Shown piece after piece: positions 36,937 to 49,359 of a stretch of 64,000 nt of DNA. The DNA is from Mobula birostris (lineage: Eukaryota), in contig NC_092383.1 in the NCBI RefSeq assembly GCF_030028105.1, positions 86,447,921 through 86,511,920 on the forward strand. Direction: 5' to 3'. Position 1 is the stretch's first letter, and each line of letters opens with the position of its first letter. A program made the translations under genes and the position numbers. The notes beneath the pieces are model-generated. The model saw only the letters and a list, made by a program, of their open reading frames with translations. It ran no database searches and was not told where the DNA came from.

Positions 36937-37019
36937 GATCTTCAAAGCTTTTAGCTATATTTAGCAAGAGAGAAACTTTCAAACAGTTCCCAAGGATTAA
37001 ATTAAATGCTGAGAAGAGC

Positions 37020-37893
37020 TAAAATATCAGGATTAGAAAATATATCAACGGGATGAGTTGCAACATAAAAGGCAGACAAAATTGAAAAGAGTGAATACAG
37101 GACTGAAGGTGTTATATCTGAATGTGCGCAGTATACAAAATGAGGTAGATGATCTTGCAGCACAGTTGAGGATTGGTAGGTGTGATGTTGTAGGCATCAC
37201 TGAATCATGCTGAGAAAAGATTCTAGCTGGAAATTGAATGTCCTGGGATACATATTGTATCGAAAAGACAGGCAGGAAGGAAGATGAGGTGGGCTGGCTT
37301 TATTGGTAAAACATGAAATCAGATCATTAGAAATAGATGACATATGGTCGGACAGCTTTGAATCATTGTGGGTAGAACTAAGGAACTGCAAAGGTAAAAA
37401 GACACTGATGGGAGTTGTATACAGACACCCAAACAGTAGTAAGGATGTGGTCTGCAAGTTACAACAGGAGATAGAAAATGCATGCCAAAAGGGCAATGTT
37501 ACAACAGCCACAAAATGCTGCAGGAACTCAACAGGCCAGATAGCATCTATGGGCCAAAATGTCGACTGTACTTTTTTCCATAGATGCTGCCTGGCCTGCT
37601 GAGTTCCTCCAGCATTTTGGGTGTGTTGCTCAGACTGCCAGCACCTTCAGGTTTTCTCGTGAATGTTACAATGGTCATGGGAGACTTCAGTGTGCAGGTA
37701 GATTGGGAAAATCAGGTTGGTGCCGGTTTCCAGGATGGAGAATTTCTGGAGTGCCTATGAGATGTCTTTTTAGAGCAGTTTGTGGCTAAGCTCACTAGGG
37801 GATCAGTTATTCTGGATTGGGTGTTGTGCAATGAACCTGGATTGATTTGACAGATTAAGGTAAAAGAACCCTAAGAAAAACTAATCATAATAT
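37020..37893 (+). mobile_element. CR1 ORF2 endonuclease-region fragment directly upstream of the promoter
   Basis: ESLWVELRNCKGKKTLMGVVYR. Interrupted by a hairpin element and an LTR element. Confidence 0.85.
37505..37661. repeat. 157-bp hairpin element with 10-bp TSD
   Basis: 41-bp arms (37512-37552 and 37578-37618, 4 mismatches). TSD AATGTTACAA at 37495-37504 and 37662-37671. Confidence 0.85.
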
Positions 37894-39010
37894 TGTGACA
37901 CCGCCCCTGAATTTCTAATGACCAGCACTATTTATTGCTCTTGTGTTCAAATGTTTTTATGGGATTATGGTGGGAAGTTCCAGTTCTTTTATTGTTACAT
38001 TTTAGCTTGGATTATGCAGTTATTTGCTTGTGTATTTGTGGGTCACCCTAACTGCAATGGAGGTGTGTGATGGTTACCTCCCCCATCTGTATGAGACTGG
38101 TTGGGTTCACTCTCCGGGTCATGGTTCCTAGACTGTTTTGGGTTTATAACAATACAATGGTTGTTGAGTTCAATGAGTTTCCTCGTCTGTCATTGTGGAC
38201 CAAATGTTCGCCACATTGGTATCAGGAGTGGGATGCAAAATTGACAATGAGATTGAAGGGCTACGACGTTGTATAGAGTGCCTTAAGACACGCGTAATAA
38301 GTCCAGGACCGAGCAGTATGTCTGCCCCGTACCGGGCTCATGAGATGAGACCCCAGGGAGGACCTGGGAACCGAGCTTCATGCCTTCCCAGGGAGCCCCG
38401 ACGGAGAGAGCGTACCAGTCAACCCAACCTGGCGGACACGGCGGAGCGCAACACCCGCCTCTGTCACGACCCGCACCAGGGAATGCAAGATGTCGTAGCC
38501 ATGGGAGGATGGGCATGAGGCAGATGCTGCTGGAGCAAGGGGAAGACCAAAGGGCCTCAACGATTAGCGCCACAAGATCAACCCTGGAGCTCCCCAGATA
38601 CAACAGTCCAGCCGCCCGGAGCAAGTCAAACTTGCCTCATGGCACAACAGGTAGAGCCCGCCGAGGTGGCTGTGCACTTTTCCGTGGTGCTGGAGGGGTA
38701 GACCCTGTGAGCCCTCATCGACCTAATGCTAGCCAAGCAGCATGACTACCGGGCCCTTGTATCAGTGCTGGAGCGCTGTTTCGAGCAATGAGGGAAGAAC
38801 TGTGCCACAGACGGTGCAGTACGGAGAAAGCTTGGGGGCCCCTGCGGCAGATCACAGCCACTGTACTCAGCAAGGCTACCGCCAGTTCCCTCCTGCAGCC
38901 CAGGAAGAGCTTGCCCTCTGCACTTTTGTAAACGCCTTCGGCAGCATGTTTGCCCAACATCGGCAGAATCATTGGCTGGGGCAGAGAGGGCAGAAGCAAT
39001 CTTAGTCCCC
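37894..39010 (+). mobile_element. 3'-truncated gypsy-type LTR retrotransposon: 5' LTR (37894-38215), tRNA-Leu PBS (38217-38234), decayed gag
   Basis: TG...CA ends. PBS TGGTATCAGGAGTGGGAT is 17/18 complementary to the tRNA-Leu(CAG) 3' end. Gag-like DYRALVSVLERCF. Confidence 0.8.
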
Positions 39011-39602
39011 CAGAGACATCCCTTTTGAACAGCGATGAAGAGGTAGGAAATAGGTGTGATGTAGAAGGGGCCTTTCATGGAAACTCAGCATACAGTACTC
39101 CACTTCATTCCCTCTCTAAAGGCTGTGCCCACTCTTTAAAGTAACTTTTAGAGCTCACCTCTTCTGAATTCTTTTCCCTCCGTTGGTGCAATTTCAAGAG
39201 CTCTGATGTGGTTTCACTTTGCTTTAGTTAGATGTGAGGGGAAACCTACTGAATGGAATTACACATTCACAATGGGTAAAAGCCACGTCGGAACTGTTCC
39301 TAAACCAACTCGGCTCCACTTTGACAGGAAATGGTCTGTGTAAGTAGACAACCGCTGTAGTTTCTATTTCTCATAGAATCATAGGGCAAAGTAAATGGAC
39401 AGGTCACACTTGTCTAAGGAGAAGACATTTTTATCTTACCTAATTCACCTCCATATCCTAACTCTGCATACTTTTGCACAGATTCTCAGTTGCTAGCATC
39501 CCAATATTCCTGTTCACCTGGTTAGATCTTTCAATGTTAGTCAAAGTGTGATCTATCCAGATTCATGCTGTGCGATTCCCTGAGGCAGATGAAGTCTTAG
39601 AG

Positions 39603-40710
39603 TGTCATGGTCCAGTCAGTGAAGTCTGCATTTCTGTTCACGGTCCAGTCCATCAATGCTTGTTCTGGGTTTTCCTGTTTTCTCTCTTGTTCTGTTGGGT
39701 GCCTTAATTGAGGCACCTGATTCTCAATTCGGCCTGGCACATAAATACCTCTGCAAACCTAGGGATTGTTTTGGCTGGACTGTTCCCTTCCCTTCCTTCT
39801 GAAACCTTTGCCTGCAACCTTGTCAAGTTCAGCCGCCGGAGTGAGACCAGAGCCTTGCCGTGCCAAGAGAGGGAACTATCTGTCATTGAGTTTGGAACTG
39901 TCTCTTTGTGTCCCTCTGTTTAGTTTCCATGTTCTGTGTACAAGTCCCAACCCTACATCTTGTGCTTCCCAAGGAGGAGTCCTGACTCTGTGGTTCCTGT
40001 TCCTGTGCTCAAATCCAAAGCTCTCTGTTGCTGTGTTCCAAGACCAAGTCCAGGCGCCGTGTTCCAGCCTTGTCTAAGTCTGAGCTTCGTGTCCTTATCC
40101 AGTTCTGGTGCCTCGCCCAGCCCAGTGCTGGAGATTCCTCATCCTGTGCTGGATCGCCCAATCCAAATCCTCAGCAGACATCCCTGCCCTGTGCTCCAAG
40201 GAGGAGTCCCAGCTCCGTACCCAAGAGCCTAACCAAGCCGAGTCCAAGAGCCGAGCCAAATCTAGTTCAAAAGCCACGTCCTGTGCTGGAGTTCCCTCGT
40301 CCAGTCCAGGAGTCCCTCGGCCTATCCAAGCCACATTCAAGAACCTCGTGCTGTGCAGGAGTTCCACATCCTGTCCTTGCCGAGATCCTAGTCCTGAGTC
40401 CCAGCCTAGACCCGGGTTCCGGTTCCGAGTCAAGACTCAGGTTCCAAGTCCCAACTAAGACCCAGGTTCCGGGTCCTTGTCCAGGCTCTGGTTGCAAGTT
40501 CCTAGTCCAGGCTCTTTGTTCCTCATTCCACATCCGGGTTCCGTGCTTCTAGCCCAAGTCCTAGCCCAGGCCCTGAATCCTCGCCCAGGGCCTGTGTCAA
40601 TGTCCAGCATTGTTTCTTCCCTTGCTTTCCTGACAAACCTAGTCCTGTTCCTAGAACTTCAGTGTCTGTGTCTTGCATTTGGGTCCGCTACCAGCGCCCC
40701 CCTTGTAACA
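39603..40710 (-). mobile_element. Solo LTR of the same family as 2125-2870, opposite orientation
   Basis: Ends match the reverse complement of the 2125-2870 termini. TGTCA...TAACA, flanks TAGAG/GAGAG. Confidence 0.85.
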
Positions 40711-41559
40711 GAGAGAGCTTCAGTACAAGGGATAACAATTCTCACATGTCACACTTGTTGGAGAAATAATACAGGATCAGAATCAAAATCAGGTTTCATA
40801 TCACTGGCATACTGTATGTCCTGAAATTATCTGTATCGGCACCATCTTGGAGTTTAACTAAACAATGTTAATTGTTCAACTGCCTGGACTGCTGAGCTCC
40901 CCCGGCATTTTGTGTGTGTTGTTTCATTGTTCAATCTTAATTTCATTGCAGTGCGAGGGTTGAGATGATCCAAGAATGTGGCTGATTTATATTGTCCTGA
41001 ATTTTCGTTGCTGATTTTGCAATTGTTTATAAACACTGAATTTCACATTGTACAGAAATGGATAAATGATAAAAATAATTCAGTATAGATAGAGAGCTTT
41101 TGTTACTTTGAGTTTGTTACATGTGTTTTAGGAGAAAACAGTGCAGTATATTAGCCATGAATGTATGTCTGCTTAAATTCTGTACATTGGGATATAGTAT
41201 GAGTGCTGACTCTGTTGTATCAGTCACTACTGTCATCTGTGTAATTTTCACTCTCAGCAAAAGATGTGGTTAGAACTTCTGTCTTCTTTATTTATCTTCC
41301 CAAACAGAATATAGGGAAGTACCAGTAGATGCTATATATAAACAAATTGTTCTACCCTCTTCCTGTATTTTCCCATCACTTTTTGGAAAACTTCTCAATA
41401 ACCATTGTGCTATATGCTGATGAGAGCAAGTGCAGAGATGCAAAATATCTTCAGATCAGCATTTTTGTTTCAGCAAGATCACTGAACAACAATAATAATT
41501 CCATGAAGTAAAGGCCTTTTGTCCTTTGTGTTTAAAATTAATCCCAATCCTGTGCACAG

Positions 41560-42190
41560 CTGTAAACACAACTATGGGATCATAAAATGTTTTCCAGTCG
41601 GTTTTTGGGAAGTTATCAAAGAACTGAGGCTTTATAAGGTATTGGTCAGACTGCACTTGGAATATGTTGAACAGTTTAGGAAACCCTATCTATGAAAGGA
41701 TGTGCTGTATTTGGAGAGGGTCCAGAGGAGATTCATGGGAATGATCCCAGGAATGAGAAAGGTTAACACATGAGGAGCGTTTGATGGCTCTGGGCCTGTA
41801 CTTGCTGGAGTTTAGAAAAATGAGGGGGAAATTTCATTGAAATCTCTTGAATAGTGAAAGGCCTGGATGGAGTGTATGTGGAGACGATGTTTCCTATCAT
41901 GGGGGAGTCTCCGATACAATGACATCCCTTTTGAACAGAGATGAGAAAGAATTTCTTTAGTCAGAGAGTGGTGAACCTGTGGAATTCATTGAAAAAGAAG
42001 GCTGTGGAGACTACGTCATTGTGAATATTTAAAGTGGATGTTGGTGGTTCTTGATTAGTAAGGGTGTTGAAGGTTATGTGGAGAATGGGGCTGAGGTGGA
42101 TAATAAATCAGCCATTATAGAATGGTGGCACAGACTGATAGGCTGAATGGCCTAATTATGTTCCTGGAATATTGTCTTCTGGTCTTATGC
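41560..42190 (+). mobile_element. CR1 3' fragment
   Basis: Degenerate RT C-terminus and 3' UTR. Confidence 0.75.
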
Positions 42191-42235
42191 TCTTAAGTGA
42201 TGGAACAATGAAGGCAGATGATGGAACAATTTGTT

Positions 42236-43395
42236 TAGTCATAGTCATAGTCATAATCATAGTCATACTTTATTGATCCTGGGGGAAATTGGTTTTCGTT
42301 ACAGTTGCACCATAGATAATAAATAGTAATAAAACCATAAATAGTTAAATAGTAATATGTAAATTATGCTAGGAAATAAGTCCGGGACCAGCCTCTTGGC
42401 TCAGGGTGTCTGACCCTCCAAGGGAGGAGTTGTAAAGTTTGATGGCCACAGGCAGGAATGACTTCCTATGACGCTCTATGTTGCATCTCGGTGGAATGAG
42501 TCTCTGGCTGAATGTACTCCTGTGCCCAACCAGTATATTATGTAGTGGATGGGAGACATTGTCCAAGATGGCTTGCAACTTGGACAGCATCCTCTTTTCA
42601 GACACCACCATCAGAGAGTCCAGTTCCATCCCCACAACATCACTGGCCTTACGAATGAGTTGGTTGATTCTGTTGGTGTCTGCTACCCTCAGCCTGCTGC
42701 CCCAGCACAAAACAGCAAACATGATAGCGCTGGCCACCACAGCCTCGTAGAACATCCTCAGCATCGTCCAGCAGATGCTAAAGGACCTCAGTCTCCTCAG
42801 GAAATAGAGACGGCTCTGACTCTTCTTGTAGACAGCCTCAGTGTTCTTTGACCAGTCCAGTTTATTGTCAATTCTTATCCCCAGGTATTTGTAATCCTCC
42901 ACCATGTCCACACTGACCCCCTGGATGGAAACAGGGGTCACCCGTACCTTAGCTCTCCTCAGGTCTACCACCAGCTCCTTAGTCTTTTTCACATTAAGCT
43001 GCAGATAATTCTGCTCACACCATGTGACAAAGTTTCCTACCGTAGCCCTATACTCAGCCTCATCTCCCTTGCTGATGCATTCAACTGTGGCCGAGTCATC
43101 AGAAAACTTCTGAAGATGACAAGACTCTGTGCAGTAGTTGAAGTCCGAGGTGTAAATGGTGAAGGGAAGGGGAGACAAGACAGTCCCCTGTGGAGCCCCA
43201 GTGCTGCTGATCACTCTGTCGGACACACAGTGTTGCAAGCACACGTACTGTGGTCTGCCAGTCAGGTAATCAAGAATCCATGACACCAGGAAAGCATCCA
43301 CCTGCATCACTGTCAGCTTCTCCCCCAGCAGAGCAGGGCGGATGGTGTTGAATGTACTGGAGAAGTCAAAAACCATGACCCTCTCAGTTACATGA
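42236..43395 (-). mobile_element. 5'-truncated Rex1/Babar-type LINE with long open RT frame
   Basis: DFSSTFNTI, TGAPQGTVLSP, KFSDDS, YKYLG. (GACTAT)n tail. Confidence 0.88.
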
Positions 43396-44744
43396 GGCAT
43401 CCATTGGTACTTCCTTAAATTCTGTTTTGTAAGTCAAGTAAAGAGCACAGAAGTTCTCAGCATATCCACTGACAATTGCTTTGGGATGTCCTCAGAAAGG
43501 GAAAGGGCCCCTTTCAGAATCAGAATCAGGTTTGTTTTAACTGTCTTCCGATGTAAAATTCCCTGTTTTGCAGCAGAAAAAAAAACGAGCAAGTTCATTC
43601 CCTCAGACTATTAATGAGTTTGGGTTTAACAGGTCCAGATTCACAAGTGGGACCACTGTAAATGGAATCATCTCGGGCTAATCAAATCCCATCAGATAAC
43701 CCTGACTTGTAGAGGTCAAGAGCTCCTAACAGACGCTAGTGTTTTTGCTTCACATCCTCACACAGCAGGTGAAGACTATTGTGTCATATTCCTCCTTGTC
43801 ATTGAGGCATTTCAAAGTTTAAAATTCAAATTAAATTTATTATCAGAGTACATATATGTCACCATATACTACCCTGATTGTAGTTACAATAATGAAGTTC
43901 ACCTTCTGTTTTATTTCCAAGACATTTTATTCTATGTATGTACATTTATGGGTTACAGGTGCATGTTAGTACTGAGAAAAGTTACACTATCTGTTTGCAG
44001 GTTTACACCCTGATGACCAATGCAAGCTGCAATAATTTGCAGCTCACTCATTTTAATCAGCACCAACTTTATTTTCATGCTTGAGTCTCTTTCTCACTCC
44101 ATTTCTTCAACATGCATTACAATAGGACAGTAGTCGTGCACCTTATCAAAGTTCAAAAAGAGCTGCTGCGCTCTTGTTAGAGAAACGTCACTCTGAGACA
44201 ATATCCCCTGCACCATCAGTCTTCAGGACGGATATGTCACTCAGAGATTTGCACTGATATTATTATTATCATTATTATTTATTTTTGTGTATCTATGTGC
44301 TTTTTTAACTATATGTGTTGTGTGATGTGTGCTGTGTGTAACTGTCTTCTGTGTTTTTCACCTTGGCTCCGGAGGAACATTGTTTTGTTTAGCTGTTACA
44401 TGTGCATGGTTGAATGACAAATAAACTTGAACTTCAGATTGAACTTGAAAAGGTCCTTTGCATTTTCTAACTTCATGATTATAATGACAATAGTGTAGTT
44501 CACCTCTTATTTTCAAGACCCTTTATTGTACATTCATGGGTTACAGTCACAGATCAGTACTGAGAAAAGTTACACCTTCTATTTGCAGATTCACACCCTG
44601 ATGAACAATGCAAGCTGCAAAAGTTTGCAGCTCACTCATTTTAGTCAGCACCCAACTTTTATTTCCATTGCTCATTCTTCTTTAAAACCTTTGTACAGTG
44701 ACCAGAAATTTTCATGCTGTGTCTCTTTCTCACTCCATTTATAC

Positions 44745-47700
44745 AGATAGGGGATTCTGCAGCAGCAAAAGAAACAGCAGGATAGTGTGTTGCCTCCTGT
44801 GTGCTAGGGTTCAGGATGTCTCAGAATGGTTGAAGAATATTCTTGAAGGGGAGCGTGAGCAGCTGGAGGTCACAGTACATGTTGGTACCAATGATATAGG
44901 CAGGAGAGGGGTAGAGGTTCTGCGTCATACATTTAGGGAGTCAGGAAGGAGGCTGAAGAGCAGAACCTCCAAGGTGGTAATCTCCAGATTACTCCTGGTG
45001 CCATGAGCTAGTGAAGGTCAGAACAGGAAGATAACACAGATGAATGAGTGGCTGAGGAGATGGAGCAGGGGGCAGGGTTTCAAGTTCTTGAATCATTGGA
45101 ACCTTTTCTGGGGAAGGGGTGACCTGTACAAGGGGGACGGGTTGCACCTGAACTGGAGGGTAACTAATATCCTGGGAGGGAGGTTTGCTCATACTATTGG
45201 GGAGGGTTTAAACTAGATTTGCAGTGGGGTGGGAACCGAAGTGAAGAGGCAGAGGATGTGGTAGTGGTGCAAAAGTCGGGACAGCTTGTAGGAAGTTTGT
45301 GAGGGAGGAGAAACAGATGATAGAGCAAAGATGCATTCAGCCAGATGGTTTGAGATGTGTCTATTTTAATGCAAGGAGAATCATAGGCAAGGCAGATGAA
45401 CTTAGAGTGGGGAGCAATATGTGGAACTATCATGTTGATGTGACTACAGAGACTTGGATGTCTCAGGTGCAGGAATGGCTGCTGAGTGTGCCGAGTTTAG
45501 AGGTTTTAAAAAGGACTGGGAGGGAGGCAAAAGAGATGGGGGAGAAGCATTGCTAATCAGGGATAGTATTACGGCTGCAGAAAAGGAGGAAGTCTTGGAA
45601 GGATTGTCTACTGCGTCATTGTGGGTGGAAGTCAGAAACAGGAAGGGGGCAAAAATTCTGCTGGGTGTTTTTTATAGACCATCACCCAATAGTAACAGAG
45701 ACATCGAGGAGCAGATAAGGAGGCAGATTCTGGAATGGTGCAAAAATAAAAGGGTTGTTGTGATGAGTGATTGTAACTTTCCAAATATTGACTAGCATTT
45801 CTTTCGAGCAAGGGGTTTAGGTGGGGTGGAATTTGTTAGTTGTGTTCAGGAAGGTTTCCTGATGCAATACGTAGATAAGTCAACTAGAGAAGAGGCTGTA
45901 CTTGATCTGGTATTGGGAAATGAACTGTCAGGTGTCAGATCTCTCAGTAGAAGAGCATTTTGGAGATAGTGATCACAACTCTTTCTGCTTTACCTTAGCG
46001 CTAGAAAGAGACAGGAGCAGACTATTTGCAAAAACATTTAATTGGGGTAGGGGAAATATGATACTGTTTGGTAGGAACTTAGGAACATAAATTGGAAGCT
46101 GATGTTCTCAGGGAAATGCATGGCAAAAAAGTGGCAAGTGTTCAGGGAACATTTGCATGGCGTTCTGCATGGGTATGTTCCATTGAGGCAGGGAAAGGAT
46201 TGTGGGATAAAAAAGTCACGGTGTACAAAGGATGTAGAAAATCTAGATAAAAAGTAAAGAAAAATTTACAAAAGGTTCAAGAAACTAGGTACTGTTAGAG
46301 CTCAAGAAAATTACAAGGGTGCCAGAAAGGAGCTCAGGAATGAAATTAGGAGAGCCAGAAGGGGCCATGAGAAGGCACTTGTAAACAGGATGAAGGAAAA
46401 CCCAAGGGCGTTCTACAAATATGTGAAGAACAGGAGGATGAGCCATGTGAGAATAGGACTAATCAGGAGCGATAGTGAAAAACGTGTATGGAGTCAATGG
46501 AGATAGCGGAGGAACTTAATGAATACTTTGCTTCAGTATTCACCAATGAAAAGGACCTTAGCAATTGTGAGGGTGACATACAGCAGATTGAAACAGTTGA
46601 GTGAATAAACATTAAGAAAGAGGATCTGCTGGAGCTTCTGAAAGGTACTAAGTTAGATGAGTCACCGGGACCGATCGTGATATACCCCAGGCTACAGGGG
46701 GAAGCGAGGAAGAAGATTGCTGAGATTCTGGTGATGATTTTTGTATCATCAATAGGGACAGGCGAAGTACCAGAGGACTGCATGGTTGCAAACTTTGTTC
46801 ACTTCTTCAGAAAAGGGATTAGAGATACTCCAGGAAATTATAGACCAGTGTGTCTTACTTCAGTGGAGGGCAAGTTGTTGGAGAAGATCCTGAGAGGCAG
46901 GATTTATGAACATTTGGAAATATATTGTCACCAGATTTGGATATGGCCCAAGTGCAGAGTGAGAGAAACTGAAGTGGTTCGATATTTCACAGACTTTAAT
47001 GTGAACGATGTTAGAAAGGAAAAAGAAAACAATAAACGTTAGGCCAAACAGGGCCATTGACTAAAACACTCAGATGGAAAGTGGAGCCTACAGTGCGGCT
47101 GAAAAGAACAACTAAGAATAAAATGAATACCGCTTGTCTTCACAGTCAGTTGACAGTCCAATTTCTCAGCCAAGGCAGAATGCAGGTAATGAAGTGTAGC
47201 TATGTCCATGACCAAGTCTCGACAAATACTATGACTGGAGTTAAATACTATCACAATGAAGTAACAATTAGCTGACACATGCACATTCATGAGTGCAATT
47301 GCCGAATCTCCTGCGCTGCCGAATCCGTGGTTCTAACAGACGTAATCTGATTAGGGAGAGTCAGCATGGCTTTGTCAAGGGCACATCAAGCCTTATGAAA
47401 ATATTGAGGCATGGGATCCAAGGAGACCTTGCTTTGTGAATCCAGAATTGGCTTGTCCACAGAAGGAAAAGAGTGTTTGTATATGGTTTGTATTCTGCAT
47501 GGAGGAGGGTGACCAGTGGTGTTCCACAGTGATTTGCTCTGGGACCCCTCCTCTTTGTGATTTTTATAAATGACCTGGATGAAGAAGTGGAAGGGTGGGT
47601 TAGTCAGTTTGCTGATGACACAAAAGTTGGGGGTGTTGTGGATAGTCTGGAGGGTTGTCTGAGGTTAGAGTGCGATGTCGATAGGATGCAGAACTGGACT

Positions 47701-48520
47701 GAGAAATAGCAGATGGACTTCAACCCAGATAAATGTGAAGTGATTTATTTCAGGAGGTCAAATTTGAAGACAGAATATAATGTTAATAGTAAGACTCTTG
47801 GCAGTGTGGAGGATCAATGTGATTTTGGGATCTGTGTCCATAGGGGACTCTAAGCTGCCGTGCAGGTTGACTGTGTTGTTAAGAAGGTGTATGGTATTTT
47901 GGCCTTCATCAACCATGGGATTGAGTTTCAGAGCTGTGACGTAGTTTTACAGCTATATAAGACCTTAGTTAGACTTCATTTGGAGTACTGTCTTCAGTTC
48001 TGGTCACCTCACTACAGGAAGGATGTGGATACTCTAGAGACAGTGCAAAGTAGATTTAAAAGGATGTTGCCTGGATTGGAGATCATGCCCAATGAGAACA
48101 GGTTGAGTGAACTTGTCCTTTTCTTCTTGGAGTTACAGAAGATGAGAGATGACCTGAAAGAGGTGTGTAAGATGATGAGAGGCATTGATCGTGTGGATAG
48201 CCGGAGGCTTTTACCCCAGGCTGAAATGGCTAACATAAAGGATCATAGTTTCAAGGAGTTTGGAAGTAGGTACAAGGTCTAAGTGAGAGGTAAATTTTTC
48301 CACACAGAGTTGTCATTGTGCAGTATGCACTGCCGGCAATGGTGGTGGAGGTGGGATTCAATAGGGTCTTTTAAGAGACTCGTAGATAAGTAAATGGAGC
48401 TCAGAAAAATAGAGAGCTATTTGGAAATTCTAGGCAGTTTCTAGAGTAGGTTACATGGTTGGCACAACTTTGTGGGCCGAAGGGCCTGTAATGTGCTGTA
48501 AATTTCTGTGATCTATGCTC
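44745..48520 (+). mobile_element. Older CR1 LINE (ORF1 esterase part plus decayed ORF2)
   Basis: HVGTNDI, then endonuclease and RT fragments through the 3' UTR, with many stops. Confidence 0.85.
46926..47338. mobile_element. Probable solo LTR nested in CR1
   Basis: TGTCA...TAACA ends interrupting CR1 coding sequence. No clear TSD. Confidence 0.5.
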
Positions 48521-48809
48521 AAAAATGCGTTACTGTAGATAAGTAATCATGCACCTTATTAAAGCTCAAAAAGTTTAAAGTAAATTTATTATCAAAATTT
48601 GAAAATATCACTATATATGAAGAAAGTGTAATTCTGAAAAGTGGAGAAAAAGAAAACAGTTCTGTTATTTGTAGCAACACACACAAAATGCTGGAGGAAT
48701 TTCACAGGCCAGGCAGCATCAATGGAAAAGAGTACAGTCAATATTTCATATAGATTAGTAGAGTACAGGATGAGTCTTTCAGCATACAATACTCAGACAA
48801 TCTATGTTC

Positions 48810-49355
48810 CATGATCAGTCTAATTCATCCCTCCTACATAGCCCATAACACATTATTTTTCACACATACATGTGTGTGCCTATCTGCAAGTCTCTTAAAT
48901 GTTCCTATTATATCAGCCTCTACTCCCATGCCTGCCATGCATTTCAGGGACACACCAATCTGTGTAAAAAAAAACTTGCCTGTTATATTACCCCTAAACT
49001 TTCTTCCAATCACCTTAAATGGACGTCCTCTGGTATTGGTCATTGTCACCACGGGAAAGGGGTGCTGGCTGTCCACTCAATCTATGGCTTACACTCTACA
49101 ATACTCCAAGTGTGATCAAATCAGAGTTTTACAGAGCTGCACCATTACCTTGCAGCTCTGGAAATCAGTCCCCAGTGCATCACACACCTTCTTTAACATT
49201 CTTTTAACTCGTGCAGCAACTTCGAGGAATCAACATACTTGGACCCCAATATCCCTCTGTACCTCCACATTGCTCAGAGTTCTGCCATTGACCTTGCAAT
49301 CTGCCTTCAAGTTCAATCGTCCAAGGTGTACTGTCCTCTTATTTTTGTCTCCCCG
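48810..49355 (-). mobile_element. CR1 3' fragments
   Basis: RGRPFKVIGRKFRG..KFFFTQ and 3' UTR homology. Confidence 0.7.
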
Positions 49356-49359
49356 ACAT

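Noticed and set aside
39936-40824. Cluster of overlapping Pro/Ser-rich ORFs
   Set aside because: They lie inside the GC-rich repetitive core of the solo LTR, open in several frames, with no domain signature.
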